64,000 nucleotides of DNA from Pontiella sp. (GCA_050290185.1 JBNKHE010000007.1:160001-224000), one strand, 5' to 3'; shown: positions 17,824 through 28,541, counted from the first letter of the stretch. Made by a program: numbers and translations. Notes: generated by a model from the sequence alone, not told the origin.

Positions 17824-18195
17824 ATGAACCAGCAGGCAATAATTAACGGCGGAGAAGAAATCGAAATTTTTGTTTTCGATGGCGACACCGTAAAAACAGA
17901 AACCGTAAAAGTTCGACTGCTCAAAATCGCTGAGTTTGAGAGCTATCTGAAGAAGCTGGAAACCGAAACCGCGCTGGCTGAATTTCTGTGCGACAAGCCC
18001 GAAGGATGGGGCGCTACGCTGCTTCCAGACAGCATCATGGATATCCTGGACAAGGGCCAAGACCTAAATTTTACGACTGTCCGTCGTTATCTCCAACGGC
18101 GGGTAAATCTGACGGAAGACATGGCACCGGCAGCAAAGGCGGCTCTGGCGGCTCGGGATATAGTATTGCCGACCTCTGCGCCGACGGGGCAATAG
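17824..18195 (+). CDS. Tail assembly chaperone (gpG-like)
   Basis: ATG 17824 after GAGGA; lies between tube and tape measure genes. Confidence 0.65.
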   Translation: MNQQAIINGGEEIEIFVFDGDTVKTETVKVRLLKIAEFESYLKKLETETALAEFLCDKPEGWGATLLPDSIMDILDKGQDLNFTTVRRYLQRRVNLTEDMAPAAKAALAARDIVLPTSAPTGQ

Positions 18196-18479
18196 TTTTA
18201 AAATGCGGGGTTCAGGAAGTCGCTAGCCGATGCTCTTTCCCCGAGTTGTTCTTGATCCTCCGCCGAGCTGAAAAACGCCGGTCGGAGGATTTGCAGATTA
18301 TGGCAGCGGCGCAGCTCCGCGCGGCCTGTGCTCCATGGAGCGAGAAGGGCGCAAAGCTGGCGAGCGAGTTCATTCAATCGCTGGGCGGCGGTGGCGATGC
18401 GCAAGAGCCTGAAAGAAGCTCGGGCGAACTACTTCAGCTATTTGCCGAGGCCGGGATCCCGATCAAGGAGTTTGATTAG
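18066..18479 (+). CDS. Second chaperone ORF (gpT-like), in the -1 frame, probably frameshift-expressed
   Basis: Open -1 frame 17988-18479 overlaps the gpG-like ORF; slippery heptamer A AAT TTT at 18066-18072. Start coordinate is tentative. Confidence 0.5.
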   Translation, partial: KFYDCPSLSPTAGKSDGRHGTGSKGGSGGSGYSIADLCADGAIVLKCGVQEVASRCSFPELFLILRRAEKRRSEDLQIMAAAQLRAACAPWSEKGAKLASEFIQSLGGGGDAQEPERSSGELLQLFAEAGIPIKEFD

Positions 18480-18481
18480 AG

Positions 18482-20809
18482 ATGGCAGACAGCCGCGTCA
18501 GTGTGTTGATCGATATGCGCTCCAGGCTCAACGGCCTGAACGCGGCCTCTGCCGGCCTTGGCAACCTCATCAAAAAAGCCGCCGGATTCGCCGCGGCCTA
18601 CGTTGGTGTGCGGCAGGCGATCCGTGGCAGCCGGGACATCATCAAGCTCGGTGCCGACCTCGACCACCTTTCAGGCCGTACAGGAATATCAGTCTCATCC
18701 CTAAATGTACTTCAACGAGCATTCGAAGATAATGGGGTGTCGGCAGATAAGCTAGGCATGGCTGTAAGCGGATTGCAGAAACGGATAGTAGATGCTTCTC
18801 GTGGTACTGGCGAAGGCATGATCGCTTTAGATATGCTCGGATTGAGCGTAAAAAAAATTATTGATCTTTCTCCTGAAGATCAGTTCTCAGAGATAGCATC
18901 TGCAATATCGTCAATTAAAGATCCTGCAAAACAAGCGGCGGCGGCTATGGGTCTTTTCGGTGACGCTGGAGCCGAGCTTTTGCCGATGTTCAAAAATGGC
19001 GGCGCGATCGACGACGCGCGCGCATCGCTCGGCAGCATGCCCGAGGTTCTGGAACGAAACGCCGAACAATTTGAACGCATCGATACGCTGGCCGGTAGGC
19101 TGAAGAATAAGTCAAGGCAGTTGTTCCTAGGGGTGGGCGACCAGATCGCCGACGAGCTGCTGGGACCACTGGAGACCATCAATACAATGGACTTCACGCA
19201 GGCCGGACAAAATATCGGTGCGTTCCTTAATCTGGCAATCGACGCCTTCCGGGACGGCACCTTCGGTGAATTTATTTCCCTCTCCATGGAGGCCGGTTTT
19301 GAAAAGGGCACGGCCACGGCCAAGGCGGCGCTCGATGCGCTGTTCGCATCCTTCGGCGAAGATGGGGAAATGTGGAAACATGCGCTTAATGGTGCGATGA
19401 CCTTTGGGGTAGGTGCCGCTAAGTTCCTGCTTACCGTGTTCGAAACACCGATAACATATCTCTCGACCGGCTTCCGGTGGATTGGCGATCGTATTCTCGT
19501 GATGTTCGGGCACATCGGAAAGGCAATCAGTGGAATTTTCGAAGCACTAATAAACGGCATAATCCACGGCTTCGAAGTGGCGCTTAATTTCGTCATCGAC
19601 AAGGTAAACGCTATCACTGAAGCCATGCCGTTCACCGATGGCACCCAGATCGAGCGTAAGAAACTTGATCGTGTTGATTTTTCGAATAATCCGGTTCGTG
19701 AGGCAAAAGGATGGCAAGAACTCTTTGACGAACAGAAAGCCGGAATATCGGAAACAAACGACCTGATTATCAACGGCCTGAACAAGAGCCTTGAGGAATC
19801 GCGCGAGATCATCGGAATCACAAACGATGAAAACGAAAGAGGTAAAAGCGCGCTTGAGAAGATTAATGATCTAATCGAGGAACAGAAACAAAAGCGCCTT
19901 GCAATTGTTGATGCGGCGAAAGCAACAGTAGCTACCGATACAGCTAATGCCGATACCGCTCCAAAGCGGCTTGAAGGAAAAAACTTCTACGAAAAATCAT
20001 TCAACAACTATGCCGACATGGTTGATGGAGTTGGCGATTCAGGAGTAACTAAAATTCAGGCTGTAGACGCGGCATTGATGGATTTTTATACAAATGCCGG
20101 AACTGTTGCAGAACAGTTACACGAGCAAATAGGAAATATTTCAAGCGCTCTTACGACCAGCATTTCGGCAGGAATAGAGGGTCTGATTAACCGGACAAAG
20201 GATTGGGGTGATGCGCTCCGCGATATCGGATCCAGCATTGTAAGCAGCCTGATTAAGTCGTTTGCCGATATGGCCGCTTCATGGGTGATGACCCATGTCA
20301 TAATGAAAGGCGTTTCGCTGGCGTGGTCTGCTTTTTCTGACATGATGCATGCAAAGGATGTTGCTACCACTACGGCTGCCGAATCCGCAAAGGGAGCTGC
20401 CGCCGCTCCGACAGCAACGCTAATATCAATATCAACGTTGGGTCTCGCCGCCGTAATTGGCGGTGCGGCCGTAATATCAGCACTGGCAACCGTTGCCGCA
20501 ATGGGAGGCTTTTCAGAAGGGGGATATACCGGAGATGGCGGTAAATATGACCTCGCTGGAGTGGTTCATCGTGGTGAGTTCGTAATCCCGGCTGATGTTG
20601 TTTCCGGGCTGGGCGGTGCGAAGGGTGTAGAAGCGATGCTGGCCGCCAACGGAGCCGGCTCCGCCGCACCGGCCCCTGCTTCCGGAGGTAAGACAGATAA
20701 CAGCCTGTTTATTCTAAATTCAGAAGCACAGCTAAGACGGATGATGAGTTCGCGCGATGGGACTAAGGCGCTTCTTGATTTTGGTCGGAAGCACTGGGGT
20801 CTTACATGA
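18482..20809 (+). CDS. Tail tape measure protein
   Basis: 775 aa, Ala/Gly-rich helical; C-terminal [26 protein letters not shown] motif. Confidence 0.92.
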   Translation: MADSRVSVLIDMRSRLNGLNAASAGLGNLIKKAAGFAAAYVGVRQAIRGSRDIIKLGADLDHLSGRTGISVSSLNVLQRAFEDNGVSADKLGMAVSGLQKRIVDASRGTGEGMIALDMLGLSVKKIIDLSPEDQFSEIASAISSIKDPAKQAAAAMGLFGDAGAELLPMFKNGGAIDDARASLGSMPEVLERNAEQFERIDTLAGRLKNKSRQLFLGVGDQIADELLGPLETINTMDFTQAGQNIGAFLNLAIDAFRDGTFGEFISLSMEAGFEKGTATAKAALDALFASFGEDGEMWKHALNGAMTFGVGAAKFLLTVFETPITYLSTGFRWIGDRILVMFGHIGKAISGIFEALINGIIHGFEVALNFVIDKVNAITEAMPFTDGTQIERKKLDRVDFSNNPVREAKGWQELFDEQKAGISETNDLIINGLNKSLEESREIIGITNDENERGKSALEKINDLIEEQKQKRLAIVDAAKATVATDTANADTAPKRLEGKNFYEKSFNNYADMVDGVGDSGVTKIQAVDAALMDFYTNAGTVAEQLHEQIGNISSALTTSISAGIEGLINRTKDWGDALRDIGSSIVSSLIKSFADMAASWVMTHVIMKGVSLAWSAFSDMMHAKDVATTTAAESAKGAAAAPTATLISISTLGLAAVIGGAAVISALATVAAMGGFSEGGYTGDGGKYDLAGVVHRGEFVIPADVVSGLGGAKGVEAMLAANGAGSAAPAPASGGKTDNSLFILNSEAQLRRMMSSRDGTKALLDFGRKHWGLT

Positions 20810-21360
20810 GTGCTGTAATCGTAAACGGACATGTCTTTTTTCACCAGGCGCAGGATTTTGGGCAATCGTGCAGCTATGGCCTGAAGCATGCCTGCGGACG
20901 GGCGGATAGCCTGGAAGGGAAGGAAGACAACGCCCGCTTTTCTGCCCGCCCGCGCCGCACCTACGAATACAGCATCCGCCCGCTTTCCCTTGCCAGCCGT
21001 CTCGCCGCCGAAACGGCCATTACCGAAGCGCTCGCACTGAAAGCCGCCGCCGTTCCGATCTGGGCAAAGGCGCGGTTCGACTTCACGCGCGACGCGCAGG
21101 ACCGGTTTGTTTTCGACGGATCCCGGGATCTGCCGGCGGTTGGAAGTTACTGGATGTTGTCCAGCGGCACGGAATGGACCGCGGTGGTTATCGATGCCAT
21201 TAACGGCCTTGCGGTCGACTGGACACAGGTTGATGGCGGAGACGGCACGCACGGCGGTGAATTAAGCCCGATCCTGTTTGGCGTCATTGACCCGCCGAAA
21301 CAATCGACCGGCGGAGATCCTTCCAGTGTAAAAATCATGTTTACCGAGCGGGAGGGCTGA
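20806..21360 (+). CDS. Distal tail-like protein
   Basis: Position directly after tape measure with ATGA overlap. Confidence 0.55.
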   Translation: MSAVIVNGHVFFHQAQDFGQSCSYGLKHACGRADSLEGKEDNARFSARPRRTYEYSIRPLSLASRLAAETAITEALALKAAAVPIWAKARFDFTRDAQDRFVFDGSRDLPAVGSYWMLSSGTEWTAVVIDAINGLAVDWTQVDGGDGTHGGELSPILFGVIDPPKQSTGGDPSSVKIMFTEREG

Positions 21361-21363
21361 CCA

Positions 21364-22776
21364 ATGGCCTATCCCGTCTTCCCGTTCCGGATCGATTACA
21401 CGAGCAACATTACGATCCGCTGGAAAAATGCCCAGCTTCCGCACGAAATTTCCCCGGCGCCGCTTGGATTTTCAGATGGGGTCCAGACAGCCCGCAAGCG
21501 CGCATTCGGGGTTTCGGCCAGGGTAAAAACCGGCGCGCATGTCGACATCCTAGAATCATTCTTTGCCGATATCGGTTGCGATCCGTTCTGGCTTCCGGAT
21601 CTGCCGCGCGAAATATCATCCTTCCAGCAGATCAGCGATACCGTGCTTGAGGTTGATGGGTTCGACCTTACGGCATTCATGCAGAACCAGAACGCCTATT
21701 CGTTGATTTTACGGCCTCACGGGTCGGCGGATCCGGTCATCGCCGCCGTTCAGTCCGTTGAACGGGTTGGCGGTAAAGACCGCATCACCCTTGCCGCCGC
21801 GTATCCCGGGCTACCGACTCCGGATGAAGCGGAAATTTGTTTTTCATCGCTGGTGGTTATCGATTCGGATTCGGTCAAGTTTGATCCGGAAACCTCTACA
21901 TTCTGGAGGGTATCATTCACGGCAATCGAGCAACCATTCGATCCGGAGCCAAGCCGTCAGATTTACTATTGCTACGCGTTCAGCTGCACCGACCATCTGG
22001 GCAACTCGCGGGTGCATCGGCACACGACCGATGCCGACAGCCGCAACATCGGGGCCGATGCCTATGAGCCGCACGACATCATGCACAGCGGCCTTGAGCA
22101 TGGCCGGCTGACGTCCGACAACAAATGCACCATATCGCTGCGCGCGGTGCCGGGCGGGGTCTTTGCAACATGGAAGCCCCGGGCCATCGAGCCGCCAGTA
22201 CTGGTCACCGTCTACAAAGTCGAGGTCGTCGCCGGAATCGATCAGGCCGCCGTGACGGAATTTTCCGGCGAATGCGCGCAAATCATGCGGCAAGGGGATT
22301 TGATCGAGGCCACGTTCCGTTCCAATGCGCTCAACCAAAAAATTCCAAATTTCTTGGTTTCAGTGCGCGACAACGCCGATCCGTGGGAAACACACGATCC
22401 GGAACTATTCACCGTCGACGCCGTGGTGCTGCTGGTCGAGTTCGACCGGATCTATTTGACCATTGCGGACGCCGCCAACGTCGACGAATTGCCCGGCGGT
22501 CATTTGGTGATCGAAACCGCCGGCCTCGCCGTGGTCCGCGATATCCTGTCGATCACATCCATCGGCGGCGATGGCTATGTGGCGCGCATAAACTACAGCA
22601 TCGAGGGCGTCGGCGTTGGCGATCCATGCACCTGCTACTTTGGCTATGACGGCTCTCCGGAAACATACGTGCGTCTTTTCGGTAGCCTGGAAGGCTTTGG
22701 TGGACACCCGCGGCTCCCAGCCCAAAATCCGACGTTCAAGGCCATCAACGTGACAACATCCGGAGGCAAGAAATGA
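21364..22776 (+). CDS. Tail tip/hub protein (DUF2163/gpL-like C-terminus)
   Basis: C-terminal GYDGS...FG....FGGHPRLP..NP resembles baseplate hub proteins preceding NlpC/P60 genes. Confidence 0.65.
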   Translation: MAYPVFPFRIDYTSNITIRWKNAQLPHEISPAPLGFSDGVQTARKRAFGVSARVKTGAHVDILESFFADIGCDPFWLPDLPREISSFQQISDTVLEVDGFDLTAFMQNQNAYSLILRPHGSADPVIAAVQSVERVGGKDRITLAAAYPGLPTPDEAEICFSSLVVIDSDSVKFDPETSTFWRVSFTAIEQPFDPEPSRQIYYCYAFSCTDHLGNSRVHRHTTDADSRNIGADAYEPHDIMHSGLEHGRLTSDNKCTISLRAVPGGVFATWKPRAIEPPVLVTVYKVEVVAGIDQAAVTEFSGECAQIMRQGDLIEATFRSNALNQKIPNFLVSVRDNADPWETHDPELFTVDAVVLLVEFDRIYLTIADAANVDELPGGHLVIETAGLAVVRDILSITSIGGDGYVARINYSIEGVGVGDPCTCYFGYDGSPETYVRLFGSLEGFGGHPRLPAQNPTFKAINVTTSGGKK

Positions 22777-23204
22777 CGTTCGAAGAAAGGATCGTGGAAA
22801 GCGCACGGCGGTGGATTGGGCTTCATGCCCCATTTGCCCCGCATGGCCGTTCCGAGCGCTATGGAATCGATTGTGTAAACCTTGCCCACGTCATCTACAC
22901 CGAAGCTGGAATGAATCTTCCAGACCTTCCGCGCCGCTATTTCATGGACTCCAGCCGGCACCAGACCGACCAGACCGTCATGGATTGGATCGAATCAATC
23001 GGCTCTTTTCAGGAAATACCGCTGGCTGAAAGCTATCCGGTCGGCACCCTGCTTTGCGCCGACATCGGCCGATCGCCTTACCACGTTGCCATTGTGATCG
23101 ACAACGCCCACGCCGTCCACAGCATCCGCCGCGCTGGGGTTTGCTGCGTGGCCTATGGAACCGAAATCAAAAAAATCACCCACGCATTCAAGCCAATCCA
23201 ATGA
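22773..23204 (+). CDS. NlpC/P60 tail-associated peptidase
   Basis: ARRWIG..F..HGR....GIDC, HVAIV and HS catalytic motifs. Confidence 0.88.
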   Translation: MTFEERIVESARRWIGLHAPFAPHGRSERYGIDCVNLAHVIYTEAGMNLPDLPRRYFMDSSRHQTDQTVMDWIESIGSFQEIPLAESYPVGTLLCADIGRSPYHVAIVIDNAHAVHSIRRAGVCCVAYGTEIKKITHAFKPIQ

Positions 23205-25582
23205 GTTCTGGAACCAACAAGGAATATGTATCCGGTTACCCGCGGAAATTGGGGAACATCGATTTCGAGCGCGTGTCTACCAACCAGGAGGGTGTTGCCC
23301 TTCCGGTGGTTCAGGGGACGGCCCGGCTCGGAGTGACGTGGCTTGATGGCGCCAAAAACGTAAATGCCTATGCAGTTAAGGTAAAGGTCGGAAAAAGCAA
23401 GGAAACGGTAGGCTACAACTACTATGCCGATATGGCCGGCGTGATTTGTCTTGGCCCGGTCGACCGGCTGCTGGCGGTCTACTCGGCGGAAGAAACCATA
23501 TGGTCGGGCGATTTGACCGACCCCGGCACGGGCTATGTCAACATCCAGACCACCGTCGGAAATGCGCGGTTCCGGTTTGGAACACCAAACCAGACCATTA
23601 GCGGCTATGTACTTGATCCGGCAAAACACCCCGGCTACCAGAACCAGGCGATCATCGAATTTAAACAAATGTTTTTTGGCCGCGATACCACCAACGCGCG
23701 GCAGATTGAAGTGCTGATAGTCCGTGCCGTGCCGGATGCGGACATGATCGATGATCGTTCCATCAATGCCGCCGCCGCGCTGCGCGAAGTGGTCTCAAAT
23801 TCGTTGTGGGGGGCCGGGCAAAACCTACCGCTTTCCAATGTTCAAACGGTGCAGGATCAACTTGCGGAGGATGCCATTGGGATGTCGTTCAATTTGAACA
23901 GCATCGACGATGCGGAAAAAGTGGTTGAAGCGATCATTGATACATTCAACGGCGATCTTGTTTGGGAAAAAACAAGCGGGGAATACATCCTGAAGCAGGG
24001 ATACCGCCCGCCGGCCAATACGGCAATACTCCCGGTTATCATGGCTGCCCAGTGCACATCCTTGCCAAAAACAAAAATAAAAGCCTACGTCGACCAGCCC
24101 GGCGAATTGCGGATGAACTACATCAACCGCGCCCGCAACTTCAACGACGCCCAGGTTCTGAAACGCTCGCAAGGGCATAGATTGCTGAACGGCATTCGAA
24201 AAACAACCACACTTGAGCGGCAGGAGATCGATAATACGGCGACGGCGCTGAAATTGCTCGCGCAGGCCATGGTTCAAATGTCGCTTCCGGCAGCCGAAGG
24301 TTCATTCGAAATTCGTGCGGTCGACGCGGAAACGGTCAACATCGCCGACTGGTTTTGGCTGGAGCTATGGACCGGGGCTGATTTGACCATGTGCCGGTGC
24401 ACCAGCAAAAAGCAGGCAGATGCATTTTCCCGCGACGTTGCGATCGAATACGAAGCCGACTCCACGCGCTGGGCCTACACCGGCGCCGCCGGCGGCGCCG
24501 CATACACACCGCCGGATCTTCCGGAATACCTACCCGAAACACACATCTTCCAGCAGCTCATCGAGACGCCGCGCTTTATGTCGACCGGAATCGACCTGAT
24601 TACCGCCGTTGGGCGCGCCCACAGCCTGATAGTCGGTTTCACGCCATACTTTGCCCTCGATGCCGACCCGACCTATTCAACCGCCTTGAAAATAGAAAAT
24701 TCGGCGGTAAACCATTTCGGCCTGCCTGTTGAAGTGAAGAACGCAACCGGGACCGCAACGGATCTTGTGGTCACCCCGCTCAACAACGATGTGACGGAAT
24801 ACGAAAGCGTTGCCGCCGCCGCCCAGCAAGCCGGAGAGCTGCTGCTGTTCATCGGGGACGAAATAATCTCCTTGCGCGACCTGTTCATCAACGGAAATGA
24901 TTTGGAGCTAGACAGTACGTTGCGCGGGTTCGGCGATACCAAGCCGAAAAACCATGCAGCAGGGGCGCAGGGAATCATCATTTACGCCGCCGAAGCCTTT
25001 AGGATCAACCCGGCTCCAGGTGAAACCACGAACCGGAACATCAAGCTCCCAGCCGAAACGCTGCTGGCGGTGCAGGATCTTGATGAAGTCGACCCGATCC
25101 CATGGGTATCCGAACTTCGGATAAATCGTCCGCTCAATATATCGGCGCTCACCATCGAAGGAGAAGTGTTGCCGAAACCGGCGCACCACTACAATTTGGC
25201 CGATTATGATCTGGTATCAACCCCGGCATGGAACGCCTCTGTTTCAATGACCGTGGCAAAACAGGACTGGTCGAGCCTGGGATTCATCTCGGCAAATTTC
25301 TACACAGCCGCCGACCTCTACACCCGCGTCCGTGCCTACGGAGCCGACGAAGTAACCTTGATCGGCGACACCAGCAGCGCAAACGCGACATTTTCCGTAC
25401 CGCTTGCATCCGAAGGCCACGCAACCGGACATCTCGAAATAACCACCTATCACCCCGATACGCCAGAACTGGAAAGCCAAGTTGCTTTGCGGATCGACAT
25501 AACCTTCGGAACGCCTGGCTACGCGGTAGACGCGAACGGCGACTTTGCAATCGATGGAAACGGCGATTACGCCACAGAATAG
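23201..25582 (+). CDS. Central tail tip / host specificity protein (gpJ/GTA-like)
   Basis: ATG 23201 (ATGA overlap); LPVVQGTARL, ICLGPVD, HPGY and LRGFGDT....HAAG patterns. Confidence 0.8.
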   Translation: MSSGTNKEYVSGYPRKLGNIDFERVSTNQEGVALPVVQGTARLGVTWLDGAKNVNAYAVKVKVGKSKETVGYNYYADMAGVICLGPVDRLLAVYSAEETIWSGDLTDPGTGYVNIQTTVGNARFRFGTPNQTISGYVLDPAKHPGYQNQAIIEFKQMFFGRDTTNARQIEVLIVRAVPDADMIDDRSINAAAALREVVSNSLWGAGQNLPLSNVQTVQDQLAEDAIGMSFNLNSIDDAEKVVEAIIDTFNGDLVWEKTSGEYILKQGYRPPANTAILPVIMAAQCTSLPKTKIKAYVDQPGELRMNYINRARNFNDAQVLKRSQGHRLLNGIRKTTTLERQEIDNTATALKLLAQAMVQMSLPAAEGSFEIRAVDAETVNIADWFWLELWTGADLTMCRCTSKKQADAFSRDVAIEYEADSTRWAYTGAAGGAAYTPPDLPEYLPETHIFQQLIETPRFMSTGIDLITAVGRAHSLIVGFTPYFALDADPTYSTALKIENSAVNHFGLPVEVKNATGTATDLVVTPLNNDVTEYESVAAAAQQAGELLLFIGDEIISLRDLFINGNDLELDSTLRGFGDTKPKNHAAGAQGIIIYAAEAFRINPAPGETTNRNIKLPAETLLAVQDLDEVDPIPWVSELRINRPLNISALTIEGEVLPKPAHHYNLADYDLVSTPAWNASVSMTVAKQDWSSLGFISANFYTAADLYTRVRAYGADEVTLIGDTSSANATFSVPLASEGHATGHLEITTYHPDTPELESQVALRIDITFGTPGYAVDANGDFAIDGNGDYATE

Positions 25583-25591
25583 GAGAAAACC

Positions 25592-26029
25592 ATGGCATAC
25601 GACATCGGCCCGAACACATGGGCAAAAGTGAAAGCGTTCTTCGACCTGATAAGCGCTATTGCAGCTGGAAAAGTCACGCTCGGCGGAGCCTTGGATTTAA
25701 CCACAGACCCGACCGGAGGCGATGGAGTTGGAAACCGCGACTACAACGATGCGCGCTACGCGACCGCAGCGCAAGGAGGTTTGGCGGATACGGCGCTGCA
25801 GCCCGCCGACGTTGGCACCGCCGCCGCCCAAGACGTCGGCTATTTCGCGACCGCAGCGCAGGGAGGTCTGGCCGATACAGCGCTGCAGCCCGCCGACGTC
25901 GGTACCGCAGCCGCTCAGGACGTCGGCGCTTTTGTGCCGACAGACGGCTCCGTCTCATCCATCACATTTTCGAACGGCGCAAAGCTGGAAATTTCCGGCA
26001 GCACACTGGTCATCACCGCCGCGCCCTAG
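25592..26029 (+). CDS. Short tail fibre-like protein with tandem repeat
   Basis: ATAAQGGLADTALQP repeats typical of phage fibre proteins; AGGAG RBS. Confidence 0.7.
   Translation: MAYDIGPNTWAKVKAFFDLISAIAAGKVTLGGALDLTTDPTGGDGVGNRDYNDARYATAAQGGLADTALQPADVGTAAAQDVGYFATAAQGGLADTALQPADVGTAAAQDVGAFVPTDGSVSSITFSNGAKLEISGSTLVITAAP
25760..25927 (+). repeat. 87-bp-period tandem repeat (two copies)
   Basis: Copies start at 25760 and 25847 and both encode ATAAQGGLADTALQPADVGTAAAQDVG. Confidence 0.9.
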
Positions 26030-26051
26030 TTGACACGTCCTGCCCAATAGG
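26029..26051 (+). promoter_or_regulatory. Recurrent TTGACAC late-module motif, copy 4
   Basis: GTTGACAC-N11-TAGG in the 33-nt gap before ATG 26063. Confidence 0.45.
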
Positions 26052-26062
26052 AGGCTATACCC

Positions 26063-28216
26063 ATGAAAAATAGAAAATCACTTGTTGTCACACTGATTGC
26101 TTTGTTGTTCGCGCTGCCGTCATTTGCGGCCAGCCTTAACCAAATATTCAACACCAGCCCATCTCCCATCACCAACAACAACGATGGAGTCAGCCAGTTG
26201 ATCAAAGTCAAAGGATCTTTGGCCGAAAACGACGTGCTCGTCTACGACGGCCTTGGAAACGTTGTTTCCGCCGGAGTCTCACCTACCAACTTGGTTGTTT
26301 CTAGCAACAGCTACACCAAGGCGGAATCAGACGCGCTTATTGCCACAAAAACCGATTCCGTTTCAAACGCGCTGTCTGTCGTGATCGGGTTTAAGCAAAA
26401 CGCCAACACGGCCAACGCCAACAACGCCACGCTCGCACAGGGCGATTTGGCAGATTCCTCTATCCAGCCTTCCGACCTGCTTTATACGGCCCAACTTGAT
26501 GGGTTGCAGCAACTGCTTACCTCGTCTGTTGGAACGAATGCAATTGCCACGTATGGTAAAAATGCCGAAATCATCAGTGTTAATTGCTTGGATTTCGATG
26601 GGACAAATTCATACGTGAAAATGCCATTCACCACGGATGTAGGAGCGTCCGACTTTTCATTCCACTGTACAATCAACCCGGATATTGTATCGGGCGCTGC
26701 CAAAACGATTTTTTCCCACGGAGAGGTATCAAGCAACAGCAGGAGTTGCTGGGTGGTATTAGCAAATGGCCTTTTATCCACTAGGCTTAGCGCCGACGGG
26801 ACGGCACAAACTGAAGTTATTGGCGGGACCGCGGTGCCAACAAATACATGGACTTCGTTATCCGCATACAAGACTGGATCCAGCATATTCTACTATTACA
26901 ACGGATCCCTTAATCTGGCGGGTACGACCGTATCGTCTCTTCGCAATTCTGGCGGCTACGCATACACAGGATCACGGTACTCAGGAACGGCGATGGACTA
27001 CCCATTCAACGGAAAAATATCGGATGTACACCTCGATATTCTTCCAACAACGCTCGATGTATATCTCTATATTGGACAATCGAATTGCGAGGGTAATCCA
27101 GGGGAGTATGGAACACTGCCGACCATTTTGCAGGGGGAAAACTTCCCGTTCTTCGAAGCCTCAATAAACCATGGGACGCAAACCAAGCGCGGAACCTTTC
27201 TCAAGCCGTTCAATTCCACGCAATGGGGGGCTGAGCTTGTATTTGGACAGGTTATCACCCAGCGTGCACAAAAGCGCATTGCAATTGTAAAGGTATCTAC
27301 TGGAGGTACTTCGCTGGCCGTTGATTGGCAGCCAGGGGGAGAGCAGTACACCCAACTAACAAACGCATGGGCAAATTTCGAGACTGACATGGCATCGGCT
27401 GGATATACGATTGGTGATGTGCGCGGGATTTGGATGCAAGGCGAGAAAGACGCCCAATCGAACTTGTGGGCGAATGCTTATGTCGAGAACTACGACAACA
27501 TGAATGCAAGCTTCGAAAACGATACTGGCGTAGAACTGGTAAATACCACATTTTGCCGCATAAACGACGAGGGCAACCCCGGGTCGGACAGAGTACGCGC
27601 AGCATTGGTTGAGCTTGGCAACCGACCGGGAAATACATGGATAGATACGGACTCGATGCCGCGTCGTCCAGACGGCGTGCACCTTGACCCCGATGGGTTG
27701 CAAGCTCTTGGTACGGCCATCGGCAATGCCGTTGTTGTCAATGCGGCAAACAATGCAGATCCGGTTTTCTGGAATGTTTATTCAGAAGGATCATCGACCA
27801 ATATTTACGACGTGTCCGGCAATACCAATACCGGCACCGCAGTCAGTGCATCATGGACAACATCCAGCGGAATCGAATCTTGGAACCACCTAAAAGGGTG
27901 GAGCATGAGAGGTGCAACGGATGCATATATACCGGCGTTATACAATCTTTCCGGAGACGCTTCTGGCGGTGCGCTACAGCACCTTGGCGGGTTTGTCCAC
28001 AACGGGAGCGAGTGTGACTTAATACTCTGGGATGGGTCCACCAACACCTACGTCAACCTACTGGAGTCGTCGTCCTACGCCTCTAATAGCGACCCAACAA
28101 ATCGGTACTCATCGGTTGGAACGGGCGGAAGAATAACGACATTTGCGGCATATACCAACAACCTTCCGGTTGCGTCGGATACCAGGCTGAAGGGCTTCTT
28201 GGAGTTGCAGAAGTGA
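26063..28216 (+). CDS. Signal-peptide protein with LamG/concanavalin-like domain and SGNH sialate O-acetylesterase (SASA) domain
   Basis: Signal peptide ending SFA; LDFDGTNSYV...FNGKISDV (LamG); GQSN, GGTSL, WMQGEKD and DGVH (SASA catalytic motifs). Confidence 0.85.
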   Translation: MKNRKSLVVTLIALLFALPSFAASLNQIFNTSPSPITNNNDGVSQLIKVKGSLAENDVLVYDGLGNVVSAGVSPTNLVVSSNSYTKAESDALIATKTDSVSNALSVVIGFKQNANTANANNATLAQGDLADSSIQPSDLLYTAQLDGLQQLLTSSVGTNAIATYGKNAEIISVNCLDFDGTNSYVKMPFTTDVGASDFSFHCTINPDIVSGAAKTIFSHGEVSSNSRSCWVVLANGLLSTRLSADGTAQTEVIGGTAVPTNTWTSLSAYKTGSSIFYYYNGSLNLAGTTVSSLRNSGGYAYTGSRYSGTAMDYPFNGKISDVHLDILPTTLDVYLYIGQSNCEGNPGEYGTLPTILQGENFPFFEASINHGTQTKRGTFLKPFNSTQWGAELVFGQVITQRAQKRIAIVKVSTGGTSLAVDWQPGGEQYTQLTNAWANFETDMASAGYTIGDVRGIWMQGEKDAQSNLWANAYVENYDNMNASFENDTGVELVNTTFCRINDEGNPGSDRVRAALVELGNRPGNTWIDTDSMPRRPDGVHLDPDGLQALGTAIGNAVVVNAANNADPVFWNVYSEGSSTNIYDVSGNTNTGTAVSASWTTSSGIESWNHLKGWSMRGATDAYIPALYNLSGDASGGALQHLGGFVHNGSECDLILWDGSTNTYVNLLESSSYASNSDPTNRYSSVGTGGRITTFAAYTNNLPVASDTRLKGFLELQK

Positions 28217-28248
28217 GTAAATCAGCACGTGCTTGAAAGGGGGGTATA

Positions 28249-28503
28249 ATGCCTGAACATGTTAAGGTAAGCGCAGTGAGTGCCGTGGTCGGCGTATTCA
28301 TCACGTTCGGATCAATATTCATCGCCACCGGAAGCTACCGCCAAAAACTGGATGATACCTCCAAGGAAATTGTTCAGCACCGCGCGGATATAATTGCTTT
28401 GTATACCACGTCGAAGGGACTTGAGCACGACATCCAGGACATCAAGCAGATGCAGCAGGAATCCCGCGCGGACATAAAGACCCTGTTGATCAGAACAAAA
28501 TGA
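28249..28503 (+). CDS. Small one-TM coiled-coil protein (holin/antiholin-like)
   Basis: N-terminal hydrophobic helix followed by a heptad-rich tail; position in lysis region. Confidence 0.55.
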   Translation: MPEHVKVSAVSAVVGVFITFGSIFIATGSYRQKLDDTSKEIVQHRADIIALYTTSKGLEHDIQDIKQMQQESRADIKTLLIRTK

Positions 28504-28541
28504 TTTCCGGCAATGGGGCCGGGATTAGTGGAGGTCAAAAA

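Noticed and set aside
18482..25582. Gene transfer agent or tailocin rather than prophage
   Set aside because: The tail tip genes look GTA-like, but early, replication and accessory genes and an att-like junction indicate a true prophage; there is no sheath gene.
25760..25927. Diversity-generating retroelement TR/VR pair or CRISPR array
   Set aside because: The copies are adjacent, in-frame and differ at synonymous sites rather than adenine-specifically; there are no spacers, and no reverse transcriptase or cas genes in the window.
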